From assembly GCA_963422365.1 (NCBI GenBank), contig OY729426.1, forward strand, positions 320,001 to 384,000: a DNA stretch of 64,000 nucleotides, read 5' to 3'. The translations under genes were made by a program, and so were the position numbers. Below, one piece after another: positions 24,755 to 36,140 of the stretch (positions are counted from its first letter, which is position 1; each line of letters opens with the position of its first letter). This DNA is from Nitrospirales bacterium. GTDB lineage: Bacteria; Nitrospirota; Nitrospiria; Nitrospirales; UBA8639. Below the pieces are notes generated by a model. The model saw only the letters and a program-made list of their open reading frames with translations. It ran no database searches and was not told the DNA's origin.

Positions 24755-24781
24755 GAATGCCTAGCCTTTCCCCTGTCTTCT

Positions 24782-25477
24782 TTATGCCGCCGCAACGGCT
24801 AGTTCGATATTATTCTTTTCCGCCCATTCACTCGCCATTTCGTATGCCCGGATGACCGTCTCCAAGTTTTTCTTTAACAGCATTTCTTTTTTGGCAAATT
24901 TTTTCTTAATGGCTTCATCCAAGGTGGCCGTTCCCCCAGAGGCCACAAACTTTTTCCCGAACCGCTCCTGCAGTGCCCCATCGAGTCCCTCCAGAGAAAC
25001 GCATTTGGTAATACCGGCAACAGAACCAATCATGGTCATGTTCGTGGAAAGTTCCGTACCAGCCACTTCCAACGCGACCTGGGTTCCTTTGATGTAAAAC
25101 ACCGCCACATCCAGATCCTTTAACCGCTTCACATCTTCATCTGATAAAAGCGGCACATCTGAATTAATGATGACAACTCCGTTTTCCTTAATACCCGAGT
25201 AAAATGGCATGGTATAACTTTTGCCCATCGTTATCACTTGCGGATGAAACACTTCAATCACGTCGGGAAAGACCAACTCTCCACGATCATAGATCCGACT
25301 GATACCAATCCGACAATAACTCTCAGCCGGCGCCATGCGCTTTTCCGCACCAAAAAATGGATTCGAGATCGCAAATTTTCCGTCACGTGACGCCGCCATC
25401 GCCAACACGTGTGCAGCCGTCACGGCACCCTGGCCACCAAGACCCGACATGCGAATATTTAATCTCCGCTTGATCAT
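24782..25477 (-). CDS. porC: 2-oxoacid:ferredoxin oxidoreductase gamma subunit
   Basis: GLGGQGAVTA, FGAEKRMAP. Confidence 0.8.
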   Translation of the reverse strand: MIKRRLNIRMSGLGGQGAVTAAHVLAMAASRDGKFAISNPFFGAEKRMAPAESYCRIGISRIYDRGELVFPDVIEVFHPQVITMGKSYTMPFYSGIKENGVVIINSDVPLLSDEDVKRLKDLDVAVFYIKGTQVALEVAGTELSTNMTMIGSVAGITKCVSLEGLDGALQERFGKKFVASGGTATLDEAIKKKFAKKEMLLKKNLETVIRAYEMASEWAEKNNIELAVAAA

Positions 25478-25511
25478 GATGCTTTCCCCTTTTTCATTCC
25501 GTAGGGAGGGC

Positions 25512-26417
25512 TCAGGCCTTTCCCGCCAATTGCTTTTTCGCAGCGGCTTTTCTTTCTTTTTCCTTCGCCGCCAGTTCGGTCAACAACTCTTTGGCTTGAT
25601 CACTGACATACTCCTTATACGCAAATCGTTCAGTCGGTTTTTCAGAGTCCCGCATTTCTTGCAAGCCTTCCATGCTGTTTTTCCCGATTTCCAGGATACA
25701 CGGGGTGTAGAGCTGCAAATAGGTAGGACCGATTTCGCGAGCCACATGAATCGCATTTTTGATGACTTTTTCAACAAGGTTTGGTTTGCTGACCGTACAA
25801 TTCACCACGTAGTGGCATCCGGACTCACGCGCGATTTCCGGCAGTTTGACCTTTTCAAACGTTTTTCCCACGGGAGCCATCTTAGCCACAAACCCTTTTT
25901 GCATTAATCCGCTTTCTTGGCCGCCTGTATTGGCGTAGAGCTCATTATCAAAACAAATGGTCGTGAATTTTTCTTGGCGGAACCAAGCTTGCAGCGTCAT
26001 ATCGAGGCCGATATCGACCGTTGCCCCATCACCGGCCAACACCACCACATCTTTGACCCGCCCGGGGAACCGCACGGTGAGGGCACGCTTGAGCCCCGAA
26101 GCAATGGCGTTCTGATTGCCAAAGAGGGAGTGAATATTGTGTACGCCCACATGTGGGAAAACCAAGCTGGTGCAGCCCGTCGAACCCACCATCACGGTAT
26201 CTTCCGGGGCAGGCAATGACGCTAAAATGTACCGAAAAGCCATGGACTCCGGGCACCCGGCACACAACGAATGCTCTTCTATCAATTCCTTTGAGGTCCC
26301 GATATCCTTCCACCCGCGGTTCTCATTCCCATACGTTGCTCGTCCAACCAAATCCTGATACTCCGATGGCATGATATCGAACATTTCCGGAGCTATTTTA
26401 ATTCGTTCTTTACTCAT
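25512..26417 (-). CDS. porB: 2-oxoacid:ferredoxin oxidoreductase beta subunit (TPP binding)
   Basis: LCAGCP, STGC, GDG...DNELYANTGGQ. Confidence 0.82.
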   Translation of the reverse strand: MSKERIKIAPEMFDIMPSEYQDLVGRATYGNENRGWKDIGTSKELIEEHSLCAGCPESMAFRYILASLPAPEDTVMVGSTGCTSLVFPHVGVHNIHSLFGNQNAIASGLKRALTVRFPGRVKDVVVLAGDGATVDIGLDMTLQAWFRQEKFTTICFDNELYANTGGQESGLMQKGFVAKMAPVGKTFEKVKLPEIARESGCHYVVNCTVSKPNLVEKVIKNAIHVAREIGPTYLQLYTPCILEIGKNSMEGLQEMRDSEKPTERFAYKEYVSDQAKELLTELAAKEKERKAAAKKQLAGKA

Positions 26418-26499
26418 GGGGCCTCCTCACACTTATCCAAAAATTTCACATTAATTCCGCATGCCATTTTGACAGACTCAGCAATCGACACATGCCGTG

Positions 26500-27708
26500 T
26501 CAGCTTCCACGTCCGGCCAAGCTTTCGGCTTTAATGCCCAATTGCTTCTTGATGTCGGCCGCAATAATTTCTGGCGGCATGGTCATGCCTCCGCAGACAT
26601 GCGGACCGGCATACACTCGCTCCGGATTCTGAATCGTGGCACGAATCTCTTTGGCAAGCCAACCCGTGACATTAAACTCCGGCACAATGATATGTTTGGC
26701 ATGCTTGGTAGCCTCTCGAATTTCTTCTTCCGGCCATGGCCGAAGTACTTTGATTTTTAGGATTCCCACATCGATGCCATCCTCTTCCAAGAGAATCTGG
26801 GCTTCACGACCTTGGGAAACCGCCGTACCGGACGAGACGATCAACACTTCGGCATTGGGCTTGTCCACTTCAATCAATCCGTCCAACCACCGAATGGTGT
26901 GCTTTCTGGACCGCTCTATCGCTGCCCACACCTCCTGTTGCCAGCTTGCATGGGTGGCATAACTAATATAATTGCTCTTCATGACAAACGGGTCGCGCAT
27001 CATTCTGACCGGCGGACATTCCATATCCATACAGGGCACGGGAGACCGATACGGATCATATGGCGGAAGACACATATCGGCGGGGGTCAGATTCACGACA
27101 TCTTTGGTATGGGTCACGAAAAACCCATCACAACAGAGCGCCAACGGCAAATGCACATCCGGCTCTTCCGACACCATGTACCCTTTTAAAATCCAGTCAT
27201 AAAAATCTTGAGCTGTCTCGGCATGCCAAACCAGCATCCCGGTATTCAAGAGATATGAGATTTCCAACGTATCCGGCTGAATCGAGAGAGGTGAGTTAAT
27301 GCCGCGACAGGTCACGATCATTTGAATGGGCAGACGCGCCCCGGCCCACATCGGAAAGTTCTCCATGGCGCGCATGGTGCCAGGGCCCGCGGTTGTGGTG
27401 AATACCCGTGCACCGCCGAAGGCCGCCCCGGCGCATTGGGACATCACCGCAAATTCACTTTCCCCGCGAAAGTAGTCTCCGATAAACCCTTCGGCAAACA
27501 ATTCTCCGATCAACGCCGCGGCTTCACTTTGCGGGGTAATCGGATACGCAATCATGACATCGCAATTCGAACGACGAACCGCCTCTTTAATGACTTCACT
27601 GCCCGTATAAAAGCAGGGAGTTCGCTCAGCTTCATGCAACAACTTCCAGGCATCCGTCACGACCTGACCGGCCCTATTTTTTGTCCCGATTAACGATTGA
27701 GTTGCCAT
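26500..27708 (-). CDS. porA: 2-oxoacid:ferredoxin oxidoreductase alpha subunit
   Basis: AYPITPQSE, ESEFAV, TTTAGPG; por versus for assignment is from memory of Nitrospira/Aquificae paralogs. Confidence 0.82.
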   Translation of the reverse strand: MATQSLIGTKNRAGQVVTDAWKLLHEAERTPCFYTGSEVIKEAVRRSNCDVMIAYPITPQSEAAALIGELFAEGFIGDYFRGESEFAVMSQCAGAAFGGARVFTTTAGPGTMRAMENFPMWAGARLPIQMIVTCRGINSPLSIQPDTLEISYLLNTGMLVWHAETAQDFYDWILKGYMVSEEPDVHLPLALCCDGFFVTHTKDVVNLTPADMCLPPYDPYRSPVPCMDMECPPVRMMRDPFVMKSNYISYATHASWQQEVWAAIERSRKHTIRWLDGLIEVDKPNAEVLIVSSGTAVSQGREAQILLEEDGIDVGILKIKVLRPWPEEEIREATKHAKHIIVPEFNVTGWLAKEIRATIQNPERVYAGPHVCGGMTMPPEIIAADIKKQLGIKAESLAGRGS

Positions 27709-27868
27709 GATTGTGCCTCCTTTTATCTTAGGCTAAATGGCTTTTTCCCATCAGGATGTTACAACTGTATGTCATGAATAAAGAATTTCATGTTTCTTGC
27801 ATTGTAACTTCTTAAAAATATTAAATAAATGAAAAATTTTCTTCACGAGACCGCCCCATCCTCGAGCC

Positions 27869-28483
27869 TTAGTCTTTAGGCAGCTCGACCGACCCTTTTA
27901 ATTTTTTCACCCAATCGGCTAATTTCATGATCTTTTCGGCTGTGGCATCACGGAAAGACAGCATGGCATCTTCATGGCCGGCCTGAGCGCACATGGCGAT
28001 GGTATAACAATAGGTGCCTCCACGAATAATCTTGAGAGACAGATTCGCCTGGTGACAGTGAACGCCGACAAACATGCAGGTATCGATTTTGTTATGCCAA
28101 ATAGTGAGATTGGGATGGTTGGGATTGATTTCGACTTCCGGGTTGATTTTCGGATATTTGGGCCGGTAATCAGGCATAGGAATGAGCATCGCCTGCTGGG
28201 ACGGGGTGACGCACGCCTTAAGCGTTTCATATAAATGCCTGATCGCCGTGGCTTTTCCAGCCGCTTTTTCATTCCAGGCCCACAGGACAAGTGGACCGGG
28301 GAAAATCGTTGGAACTTTGGCCGATAAGAACTGACGGGCCGCGACTTCCATGGCTTCCTCTTCATTGACAATTTTCCCATGAATATGCGCTTGTCCCGGG
28401 TCCGGCAGACGAATGCCCATGCTGGCTGCCGCAGGGGGGAGAAAATGCTCCGGACCTCGTAAAACTTGATACATTGTCGACAT
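27869..28483 (-). CDS. porD: 2-oxoacid:ferredoxin oxidoreductase delta subunit
   Basis: FLPPAAASMG, PDYRPKYPKINPEVEINPNHPNLTIWHNKI; first gene of the operon. Confidence 0.75.
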   Translation of the reverse strand: MSTMYQVLRGPEHFLPPAAASMGIRLPDPGQAHIHGKIVNEEEAMEVAARQFLSAKVPTIFPGPLVLWAWNEKAAGKATAIRHLYETLKACVTPSQQAMLIPMPDYRPKYPKINPEVEINPNHPNLTIWHNKIDTCMFVGVHCHQANLSLKIIRGGTYCYTIAMCAQAGHEDAMLSFRDATAEKIMKLADWVKKLKGSVELPKD

Positions 28484-28920
28484 AGGCTTATTTCCTCAAC
28501 TCCATGCAGAATATAGGAACCGCCGATTTATTGCACTATCGCGCACATGGCGGCTTGGTGTTCTTGCTCAACCTCGACTTGATATGTCTCGGGTTTCGCT
28601 GTGGACGCCTTGCCCTGCATCCCGCTACCACCATAAATCAGAGGTTCGCTAAATTTCTTCTTCTAAATTGACTGTCTAGTACTTTATGCCGGTCCACGGA
28701 ATTTCGCAACCTAGAAAAAGCCCCAACAAGCCTGATATTTAGGCCATTTTTTCGATCGGCTGCATGAGGCTTTTGACCCAGCATTCCGCTTGGCTATTCG
28801 AAAGAATCACTACAGGAAGTTCAAAGAAATTTTATCAATTCACAAACGGCTAGACTGGTCTGAGCCGGGGAGCAGTAAACGATTCACGGCTTCCGGACCC
28901 TCAACCGATCGCGACGACAG

Positions 28921-30302
28921 TCAGTACCTGTACGTTTCTGGCTTATACGGGCCTTCAACCGGAACCTTAATGTAGGCGGCTTGTTCCTTGGTGAGTTTGG
29001 TTAACATGCCACCGAACCCTCGCACCATATGGGCGGCCACTTCTTCATCAAGCTTCTTCGGCAGGACTTCGATGGTGACGGGAGCCCCGGGCGTGTCGGC
29101 AAATTTCTTCCCGAATAAATAAATTTGCGCGAGGACTTGGTTGGAAAAGGACCCGTCCATAATCCGGGAGGGATGACCAGTTGCGTTTCCTAAATTCACC
29201 AAACGCCCTTCGGACAAAATGATCAGATGATCGTTGGCGAGCGCGTCACGATAGACTTTATGAACTTGCGGTTTCACTTCTTCCCACTCCCAATGTTTCC
29301 GCATATAGGCTGTATCGATTTCATTGTCAAAGTGGCCAATATTACAGACCACGGCTCCTGATTTGAGGGTTTGTAACATGGCGTTGTCACAGACGTTATA
29401 ATTGCCGGTTGCCGTCACAATAAGATCCGTATTGGCTAAGAGCGCGTTGTTGATATCTTCGACTTCCCCCGTATTGATTCCCTGATTGTAGGACGAGACC
29501 ACTTCAAAGCCATCCATACAGGCCTGCATTGCACAAATAGGGTCGATTTCCGACACCTTCACAATCATGCCTTCCTGGCGCAGGGATTGTGCCGATCCTT
29601 TTCCCACGTCTCCATACCCAATCACCAAGGCCTTCTTCCCTGATAATAAATGGTCCGTGCCACGCTTAATGGCATCATTCAAACTGTGTCGACATCCATA
29701 TTTATTGTCGTTTTTCGACTTCGTGACCGAATCATTTACATTAATGACCGGAACTTTCAGGGCCCCTTTTTTAAACTGCTCTTGAAGACGATGCACCCCC
29801 GTTGTGGTCTCTTCCGTGATTCCGTGGATTTTATCCAACATCGTCGGGTACTTCTCGTGGAGCATCTGGGTCAAATCGCCCCCGTCATCCAAGACCATAT
29901 TGGCATTCCAGGGCCGGCCATCCTTTAAAATAGTTTGCTCAATGCACCAGTCATATTCTTCGAGCGTTTCGCCTTTCCAGGCGTACACCGGAATGCCTCG
30001 GCTCGCGATGGCGGCGGCGGCATGATCTTGTGTGGAGAAAATATTGCAAGAGGACCACCGCACTTCCGCCCCAACTCCATCAGGGTTTCAATCAAGACCG
30101 CCGTCTGGATCGTCATGTGAATACACCCGAGAATTCTTGCGCTCTTGAGAGGTTGCGCCACTCGATGTTTTTCCCTCAATGCCATCAGCCCCGGCATTTC
30201 CGTTTCGGCGATTCGCATTTCTTTTCGACCCCAGTCGGCCAGGTTGATATCCGCGACCTTATAATCACGCACAGATTTTTCCAGTTGCGTAGCTGTCCCC
30301 AT
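28921..30302 (-). CDS. ahcY: Adenosylhomocysteinase, split by a single-base frameshift at 30069-30072
   Basis: [16 protein letters not shown] in one frame; [29 protein letters not shown] and NLGNATGHP in the next. Confidence 0.92.
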
Positions 30303-30346
30303 AATCTGTCACTCCCTTTTGCTCGGGCTCGATCAACACCTCAGCC

Positions 30347-31504
30347 CTATAAGTGCACATCGACGGCCTGCTTCAAAATGGAGGCCTTGTCCGTTTTCTC
30401 CCAGGTGAATCCCTGGCCGCTTCGCCCAAAATGCCCATAGGCAGCCGTCTGCTTGTAAATGGGGCGTCGCAGTTTTAAATATTCGATAATCCCACGCGGG
30501 GTCATCGGAAAATGTTTTCTGACCAATTTATCGATGACTTCAAGCGCGACTTTCTCCGTCCCTTTCGCATCGACCAGCACGGAGACGGGTTCCGGCACCC
30601 CGATCGCATACGCTAATTGCACTTCACATTTCTCGGCCAATTTCGCGGCAACAATATTTTTCGCGATATACCTGGCCATGTACGAAGCAGATCGGTCCAC
30701 CTTACTAGGATCTTTTCCGGAAAAGGCCCCGCCACCATGGCTTCCCACTCCACCATAGGTATCGACAATGATCTTGCGACCGGTCAACCCGGTATCGCCC
30801 ATGGGCCCCCCCGTCACAAACCGCCCCGTCGGGTTAATGTGAAACGTCACCCTGTTTGGATCGAAGATCCCGTTCGGCATCACAGGCTTAATGACTTTTT
30901 CTTTAATCTCTTTCTCAATTCTCTTGGAAGTCACCTTGTCACTATGCTGAGTGGAGACCACAATCGTATCGATCCTGACCGGCTTACCCTTTTTATACTC
31001 GACGGTCACCTGAGCCTTCCCATCGGGGCGCACCCAGGGTAACAGGTCCGTTTTTCTGACTTCGGCCAATCGTTTCGTCAGGCGATGGGCCAAGACAATC
31101 GGCATAGGCATCAATTCGGTTGTCTCATTGGTGGCGTAGCCGAACATCAATCCTTGATCACCCGCTCCACCCGTATCCACGCCCATGGCAATATCGCCAG
31201 ACTGGGCATCAATCGCCGTCAACACCGAACAGGTTCGGTGGTCAAACCCCCAAGTGGCATCGGAATAGCCCACCTCACGGATGGTTTCTCGAATGATATC
31301 GGGAATTTCAACATACGCCTTCGTGGAAATTTCTCCTGCGACGAACGCCAATCCCGTGGTCAGAATCGTCTCGCACGCCACCCGGCAGTTCTTATCTTGG
31401 CCCATAATGGCATCCAGGATGCCATCGGATATCTGGTCGGCAATTTTATCCGGATGCCCTTCAGTCACGGACTCAGAAGTAAACAAGAAGTTTTGTTGGC
31501 TCAT
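30347..31504 (-). CDS. metK: S-adenosylmethionine synthetase
   Basis: [28 protein letters not shown]. Confidence 0.97.
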   Translation of the reverse strand: MSQQNFLFTSESVTEGHPDKIADQISDGILDAIMGQDKNCRVACETILTTGLAFVAGEISTKAYVEIPDIIRETIREVGYSDATWGFDHRTCSVLTAIDAQSGDIAMGVDTGGAGDQGLMFGYATNETTELMPMPIVLAHRLTKRLAEVRKTDLLPWVRPDGKAQVTVEYKKGKPVRIDTIVVSTQHSDKVTSKRIEKEIKEKVIKPVMPNGIFDPNRVTFHINPTGRFVTGGPMGDTGLTGRKIIVDTYGGVGSHGGGAFSGKDPSKVDRSASYMARYIAKNIVAAKLAEKCEVQLAYAIGVPEPVSVLVDAKGTEKVALEVIDKLVRKHFPMTPRGIIEYLKLRRPIYKQTAAYGHFGRSGQGFTWEKTDKASILKQAVDVHL

Positions 31505-31789
31505 GACAGGTACCCTTCCGTTGCCACAAAAAGGCAGCCCCTCTTCACTAATTTTGCGGTGAGGAATGACTGCGTGAAGTGTGAAAGCTGTACAGCTTAG
31601 TTGGTATATTGGGACACGCACGCAATCCTCAAGCCAAGGCTGCGTACCTCTCTAATAAAAAGAAGTCAGTCCGGTTTGTCAAATACAAATTTCCATGATG
31701 GAAAAATTCCATTTCTTTTCAACTGGTTCGGACCCTCTTGTTTGTGAAGAAGAATGAGGACATTCTGGAGGGAAGCTAGGCGTCGATCT

Positions 31790-32050
31790 TGGGTAGAACC
31801 GTGGCGATTCGCAGTCGTCTGGAACCGATCAAGTGAGTGGCACGGCTGATCACGCGACATTGGGAAGGGGTGATCCATGCGGCGACACCCCACGTCACCA
31901 CTGTACTCTGGGAAGGGACCGACGCGAAGCTCGAGTGGAGCAAACGCATGGGCTGTGGCTCCCGACATCGCGAACACTTCCGGGATGCCATCTACTTCCA
32001 TTTGAAGGGACTGGCTCTTTACCCTACGTCCCTATCCGTCCACACGACCT
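31790..32050 (+). mobile_element. ISL3-family transposase C-terminal remnant
   Basis: Degenerate RSRLEPIK*VARLITRHWEGVIHA...EGTDAKLEWSKRMGCGSRHREHFRDAIYFHLKGLALYP. Confidence 0.7.
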
Positions 32051-32585
32051 TGTCTTTTCCGGTATTTCTCAACGAGGGGACTAAAGCCCCAGAGCAAAAC
32101 AGGCAATATAAATCAACTGCTTAGAGACATTGTAATTCTTTTTTACTACCCTCTCCAGGATCACGATCACCGGCAGGAATACGCGGGATTTGTAATGAGG
32201 GCTTGGGTTGTCGTTAAACACAACGGGCACCTCTGCATGAGCTTCTCTATCTTCATTGGATTCATCCAGTTTCGAAGCATCTCCATCAACTCTTTCCCGC
32301 TCTTATTGATCAAATCGTCTAACTCCTCTCTCTTTCCAAGAAATTGGTTTGCTTTGGTGCTTACGTTGCGCAGCATTGCCTCCGTGAGTGTGCCGTCTAT
32401 TTTCACTGTGAAAACAGCAGTGCTTGCATGATACGAGTCAAGTTTATTGAAGTTGTTCTAAAACGTCCCTGTCAGAAAATATTTTACCTTTCAACCACCT
32501 ACGGAATAGGGTTCTGAAAGTAATACCTCCAACAGGGGTGGTGTCACTAAAATAAAATGAAATCATAGCTCGTACTATAATTATT

Positions 32586-32625
32586 GGGGCTGTCCTAGAT
32601 AAACCTCGTTATCTAGAACAGCCCC
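32586..32625. repeat. 17-bp inverted repeat resembling IS1016/IS1595-type termini with no interior
   Basis: GGGGCTGTCCTAGATAA-ACCTCG-TTATCTAGAACAGCCCC. Confidence 0.55.
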
Positions 32626-32645
32626 TTCAGTTAAGTATGCTTGCC

Positions 32646-32771
32646 ATGAGCATTCTGGCAGAGAGAATTCGTACGTCACGCGAACAGGCGGGCTTCTCCC
32701 AAGCGGACATCGCCAAGTCATTGCGCATCTTGGCTTCCGCTATCCATCAGCGGGAGCAGGGGACAGCCTAA
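32646..32771 (+). pseudogene. Truncated XRE-family HTH regulator
   Basis: MSILAERIRTSREQAGFSQADIAKSLRILASAIHQREQG then stop. Confidence 0.6.
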
Positions 32772-33440
32772 ATCGGGGTTCGGGGGACCATTGAGGGGAG
32801 CCTCACCCTGAGACTCTTCCAAAGGGAGAAGGTAAAAAGGGGACGGCACTATTATTGACCAAGAAACTTATTGACCAAGAAACGATTACTGGATTCCTGT
32901 TGGCAGGGTCGAACGGTTCACCCGCCGGATCAACGACCTGCTGGCCCACAAGGAGACACTCACGGAGTGTGCTAGGCGGTACGGTTACTCACCGCAGAAC
33001 CAACGCGGCGACTTTATTCTGCATTTTGTCTCCAATGCTCACCGCACTCGCCGGTTGTGCCTGAAACATCAGTCCCCCTGTCAACTCATCCGCCAACATA
33101 CGAAATACTTCCGCAGGAACATTCTCAAAATTCACTCATTCGCTGACAGCATCAGGAATGACACACAAACCGGCACGGAATGCCCCCCGCCATTAGCAGG
33201 CGAAACATATCAAGTACTCAGTTGGTGACCTAAGCCCATCTCTTTCATAGTATTTCATATAAACGCGATGCTTTGAAAAGACCCTGAATGACCACACACC
33301 TTTCACATTCAGGAGTTTTTATAGAGCCTGAAACCGAGGGAATTCAGAAAACCAGGGAGGGAATGAAGCAGTTCTGTGACGGGCTTCCCGCTTGCGCCTG
33401 CCGGACGGGGCTTCTCCCCAACACACCCGTTCTTTTCTTT

Positions 33441-33800
33441 CTACAGCGTGAGCACTTTTGCCAGTAAGCCAATCAGCAACGCATACGTGGCACCAAACAT
33501 CCCGATTAACCATTTAATGATATCGAATTTGGCCTCGGCTATTTGCACGGCAATGTCCTTCTTGATCTCTTGCCGTAAGAGCTCAATGTCCTTCTTGGTC
33601 TCTTGCCGTAAGAGCTCAATCTTTTCATAGATAGCGGCAATATCCTGATGAATAGCGGCAATATCCTGTTTGTTTGCCAGATTGCCGTTCAGCAGATTGA
33701 CCTGTTCGTCGGCTAGGACCTCGGCTTGAGATTCGGTAAACCCGTGTGCCGTCAGCCGCTTGACAAATCTATGGGTATCAAAGGCAATTGCTTCGTTCAT
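33441..33800 (-). CDS. DUF1640/CCDC90-like coiled-coil membrane-anchored protein
   Basis: AFDTHRFVKRL...GFTESQAE, repeat-built coiled coil, hydrophobic C-terminus (IIKWLIGMF). Confidence 0.8.
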   Translation of the reverse strand: MNEAIAFDTHRFVKRLTAHGFTESQAEVLADEQVNLLNGNLANKQDIAAIHQDIAAIYEKIELLRQETKKDIELLRQEIKKDIAVQIAEAKFDIIKWLIGMFGATYALLIGLLAKVLTL

Positions 33801-34067
33801 GCGCTAAATATAGCTTTCTATGGGTATCGATGCAACAATAACTTCAGGTGTTTTTACACAGCCGGCCGCTCGGGAATGCCAAACAGAGCGGGCACGACGC
33901 CAGACAGAACCCATCTACGGATAAAACCCATCTCTCCGGTTGCATTGCCAAAATATCCGGTGCTAAGATTGTTACTCAGATTTTTGATGCTCTTCGTGTG
34001 ACCTCTGGCGTTCTGCTTCGGGAGGGTCCCCTTTGTATAAGGGTGAAGTTTCGTAGGGAGGCTTCTG

Positions 34068-36125
34068 ATGTATAAAACCATCTACATCCCTGTCGACAAT
34101 TCAGACCATTCGAACATGGCCGTCGATCTGGGTGTGCAGTTGGCCCAGGAATTCGGATCAAAAATCGTCGGTAGCCACGTCTATGCCGCCAAAATGCATG
34201 ATAAGCGGTTCAAGCAAATGGAAGCGGGGCTTCCTGAAGAATATCACGACGAAAAAGAGCTCGACCGGCAACGCAAGATTCATGATTCCCTCATCACACG
34301 AGGGCTCCAGATCATTACCGATTCCTACCTCGACTATGTGGATCAAAAGTGTGCTGAGTCCAATCTCCCCTTAGAACGACGATCCCTAGAAGGTCGGAAT
34401 TGGAAGGTTTTGGCCGAAGATATCAATACCAATGCGTACGATCTGACCATTATGGGATCGCTGGGAGTGGGAGCCGTGAAGGATTCCGTCATTGGCAGTA
34501 ATACCGAACGGATCCTGCGCCGAGTTCGCCATTCAGACATGTTTATCGTGAAAGACCTGAAGCCCATGAATGGGGGGAAAATCGTCGTGGCCGTGGATGG
34601 CAGTCCGTATAGTTTTGGCGGATTGAAAACCGGACTGGCCTTAGGCAAAGCGTTGAATAAGCCGGTTGAGGCCATTTCCGCCTTCGACCCTTATTTTCAC
34701 TATGCCGCCTTTCACAGCATTTCCGGGGTCTTGAACGAAGAAGCCGGCAAGGTCTTTCGCTTCAAAGAGCAAGAAAAACTTCATGAAGAAGTGATCGATA
34801 GCGGATTAGCCAAAATTTATCAATCGCATTTAGATATTTCTCGCGAAGTCGCTCAAGAAGAAGGATCAGATATTCGCACGACCCTCTTAGATGGGAAGGC
34901 GTTCGAAAAAGTCCTCCAATATGTTCGGAAAGAAAAACCCTGGTTGCTGATTGTCGGTCGAATTGGCGTGCATAGCGACGATGACATGGATATTGGAAGC
35001 AACACCGAGAATCTGCTTCGGGCGGTTTCCTGTAATGTCTTGATTTCCAATAAAAAATATGTGCCGCCTATCGACACCCAAGCGGAATATACCATTGCCT
35101 GGACGGAGGAAGCCTTGCTTCGGATGGAAAAGGTTCCGGTCTTTGCGCGTGGAGTCGCCAAGACCGCCATTCACCGTTATGCGATTGAAAAAGGTCATAC
35201 CATTATCAGCAATTCGGTGGTTGATGATGCAGTCGGCGATATTTTACCGAAAGGTGCGATGGAGGCGATGAAGGTCTTGGGCGGCCAACTCGATGAATCC
35301 GGCATCGATCGCAACCAGATGCAAGCCGATGACGCCGTGGCGACCGATCTTATGGGCTCGACCCTCAGCGGAATGGTCAACCAAGTCGTTGAAGAAAAAG
35401 ATCCCAGCACGAATCCCGCACTGAGTCCAGGCACCCAATCTTATCTGGATCGCATGGCCCAACCGTATTATGTCTGTGATGGGTGTGGCTACATCGGAAA
35501 GGGCCGTCAACCCGTCAAATGTCCGATTTGCGGAGGAGCAGGCGACGGCTTCAAAACCGTCGACAAAAGCGTTTTCGACGCGGCAGCCAAGCAAGAAGGG
35601 GTGCTGGAAACGCAACTGGCGTATGATGATGTCCCCATGCAATGGACCAAAGATGCTAAAGAAGCCATTCGAGCAGTACCGGCTGGATTCCAACGCCGCC
35701 GCGCGAAAGCCAAAATTGAAAAGTCTGCGAGAAAACTCGGCATGACCACGATCACATTGGAGTATGCCTCTCCTATGATTCAAGAAGCCGCCAACGAAGA
35801 CTATACCCCGATTTTCGCCAACAAAGAATCACAGGAAGAACAGCCCATACCCCAGACGAGCGAGATAGAACCTACTCAGGGCTCTCCCCATCGTTGGGAG
35901 CCCGAGGCGTTGATACGATTGGAACGTGCCCCGGAAGGGTTTATGCGGGATTGCACCAAGGCTCTCATCATTAAACATGCCGAAAAGCTAGGGACTACCC
36001 ATATTACCCTCGAAGTGGCAAACGAGGGGATCGAGCAAGCCAAACACACCATGGAAGAAGCCATGAAGTCCGGCAACGTCAAAGAAATTATTGCCAAACT
36101 GACTGGCGCAAGTGCTCAACAATAG
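34068..36125 (+). CDS. Multidomain universal stress protein (2x USP, PCP_red-like helical repeats, rubredoxin-like CxxC..CxxC)
   Basis: IYIPVDNS and IVVAVDGS, two IGSNTE motifs, WTEEA/WTKDA/WEPEA repeats, CDGCGY...CPICG. Confidence 0.85.
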   Translation: MYKTIYIPVDNSDHSNMAVDLGVQLAQEFGSKIVGSHVYAAKMHDKRFKQMEAGLPEEYHDEKELDRQRKIHDSLITRGLQIITDSYLDYVDQKCAESNLPLERRSLEGRNWKVLAEDINTNAYDLTIMGSLGVGAVKDSVIGSNTERILRRVRHSDMFIVKDLKPMNGGKIVVAVDGSPYSFGGLKTGLALGKALNKPVEAISAFDPYFHYAAFHSISGVLNEEAGKVFRFKEQEKLHEEVIDSGLAKIYQSHLDISREVAQEEGSDIRTTLLDGKAFEKVLQYVRKEKPWLLIVGRIGVHSDDDMDIGSNTENLLRAVSCNVLISNKKYVPPIDTQAEYTIAWTEEALLRMEKVPVFARGVAKTAIHRYAIEKGHTIISNSVVDDAVGDILPKGAMEAMKVLGGQLDESGIDRNQMQADDAVATDLMGSTLSGMVNQVVEEKDPSTNPALSPGTQSYLDRMAQPYYVCDGCGYIGKGRQPVKCPICGGAGDGFKTVDKSVFDAAAKQEGVLETQLAYDDVPMQWTKDAKEAIRAVPAGFQRRRAKAKIEKSARKLGMTTITLEYASPMIQEAANEDYTPIFANKESQEEQPIPQTSEIEPTQGSPHRWEPEALIRLERAPEGFMRDCTKALIIKHAEKLGTTHITLEVANEGIEQAKHTMEEAMKSGNVKEIIAKLTGASAQQ

Positions 36126-36140
36126 AGAGCGGGCCACATT

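Noticed and set aside
31505..31660. SAM/SAH riboswitch upstream of metK-ahcY
   Set aside because: No recognisable SAM-I, SAM-II or SAH consensus by eye; an Rfam scan would be needed.
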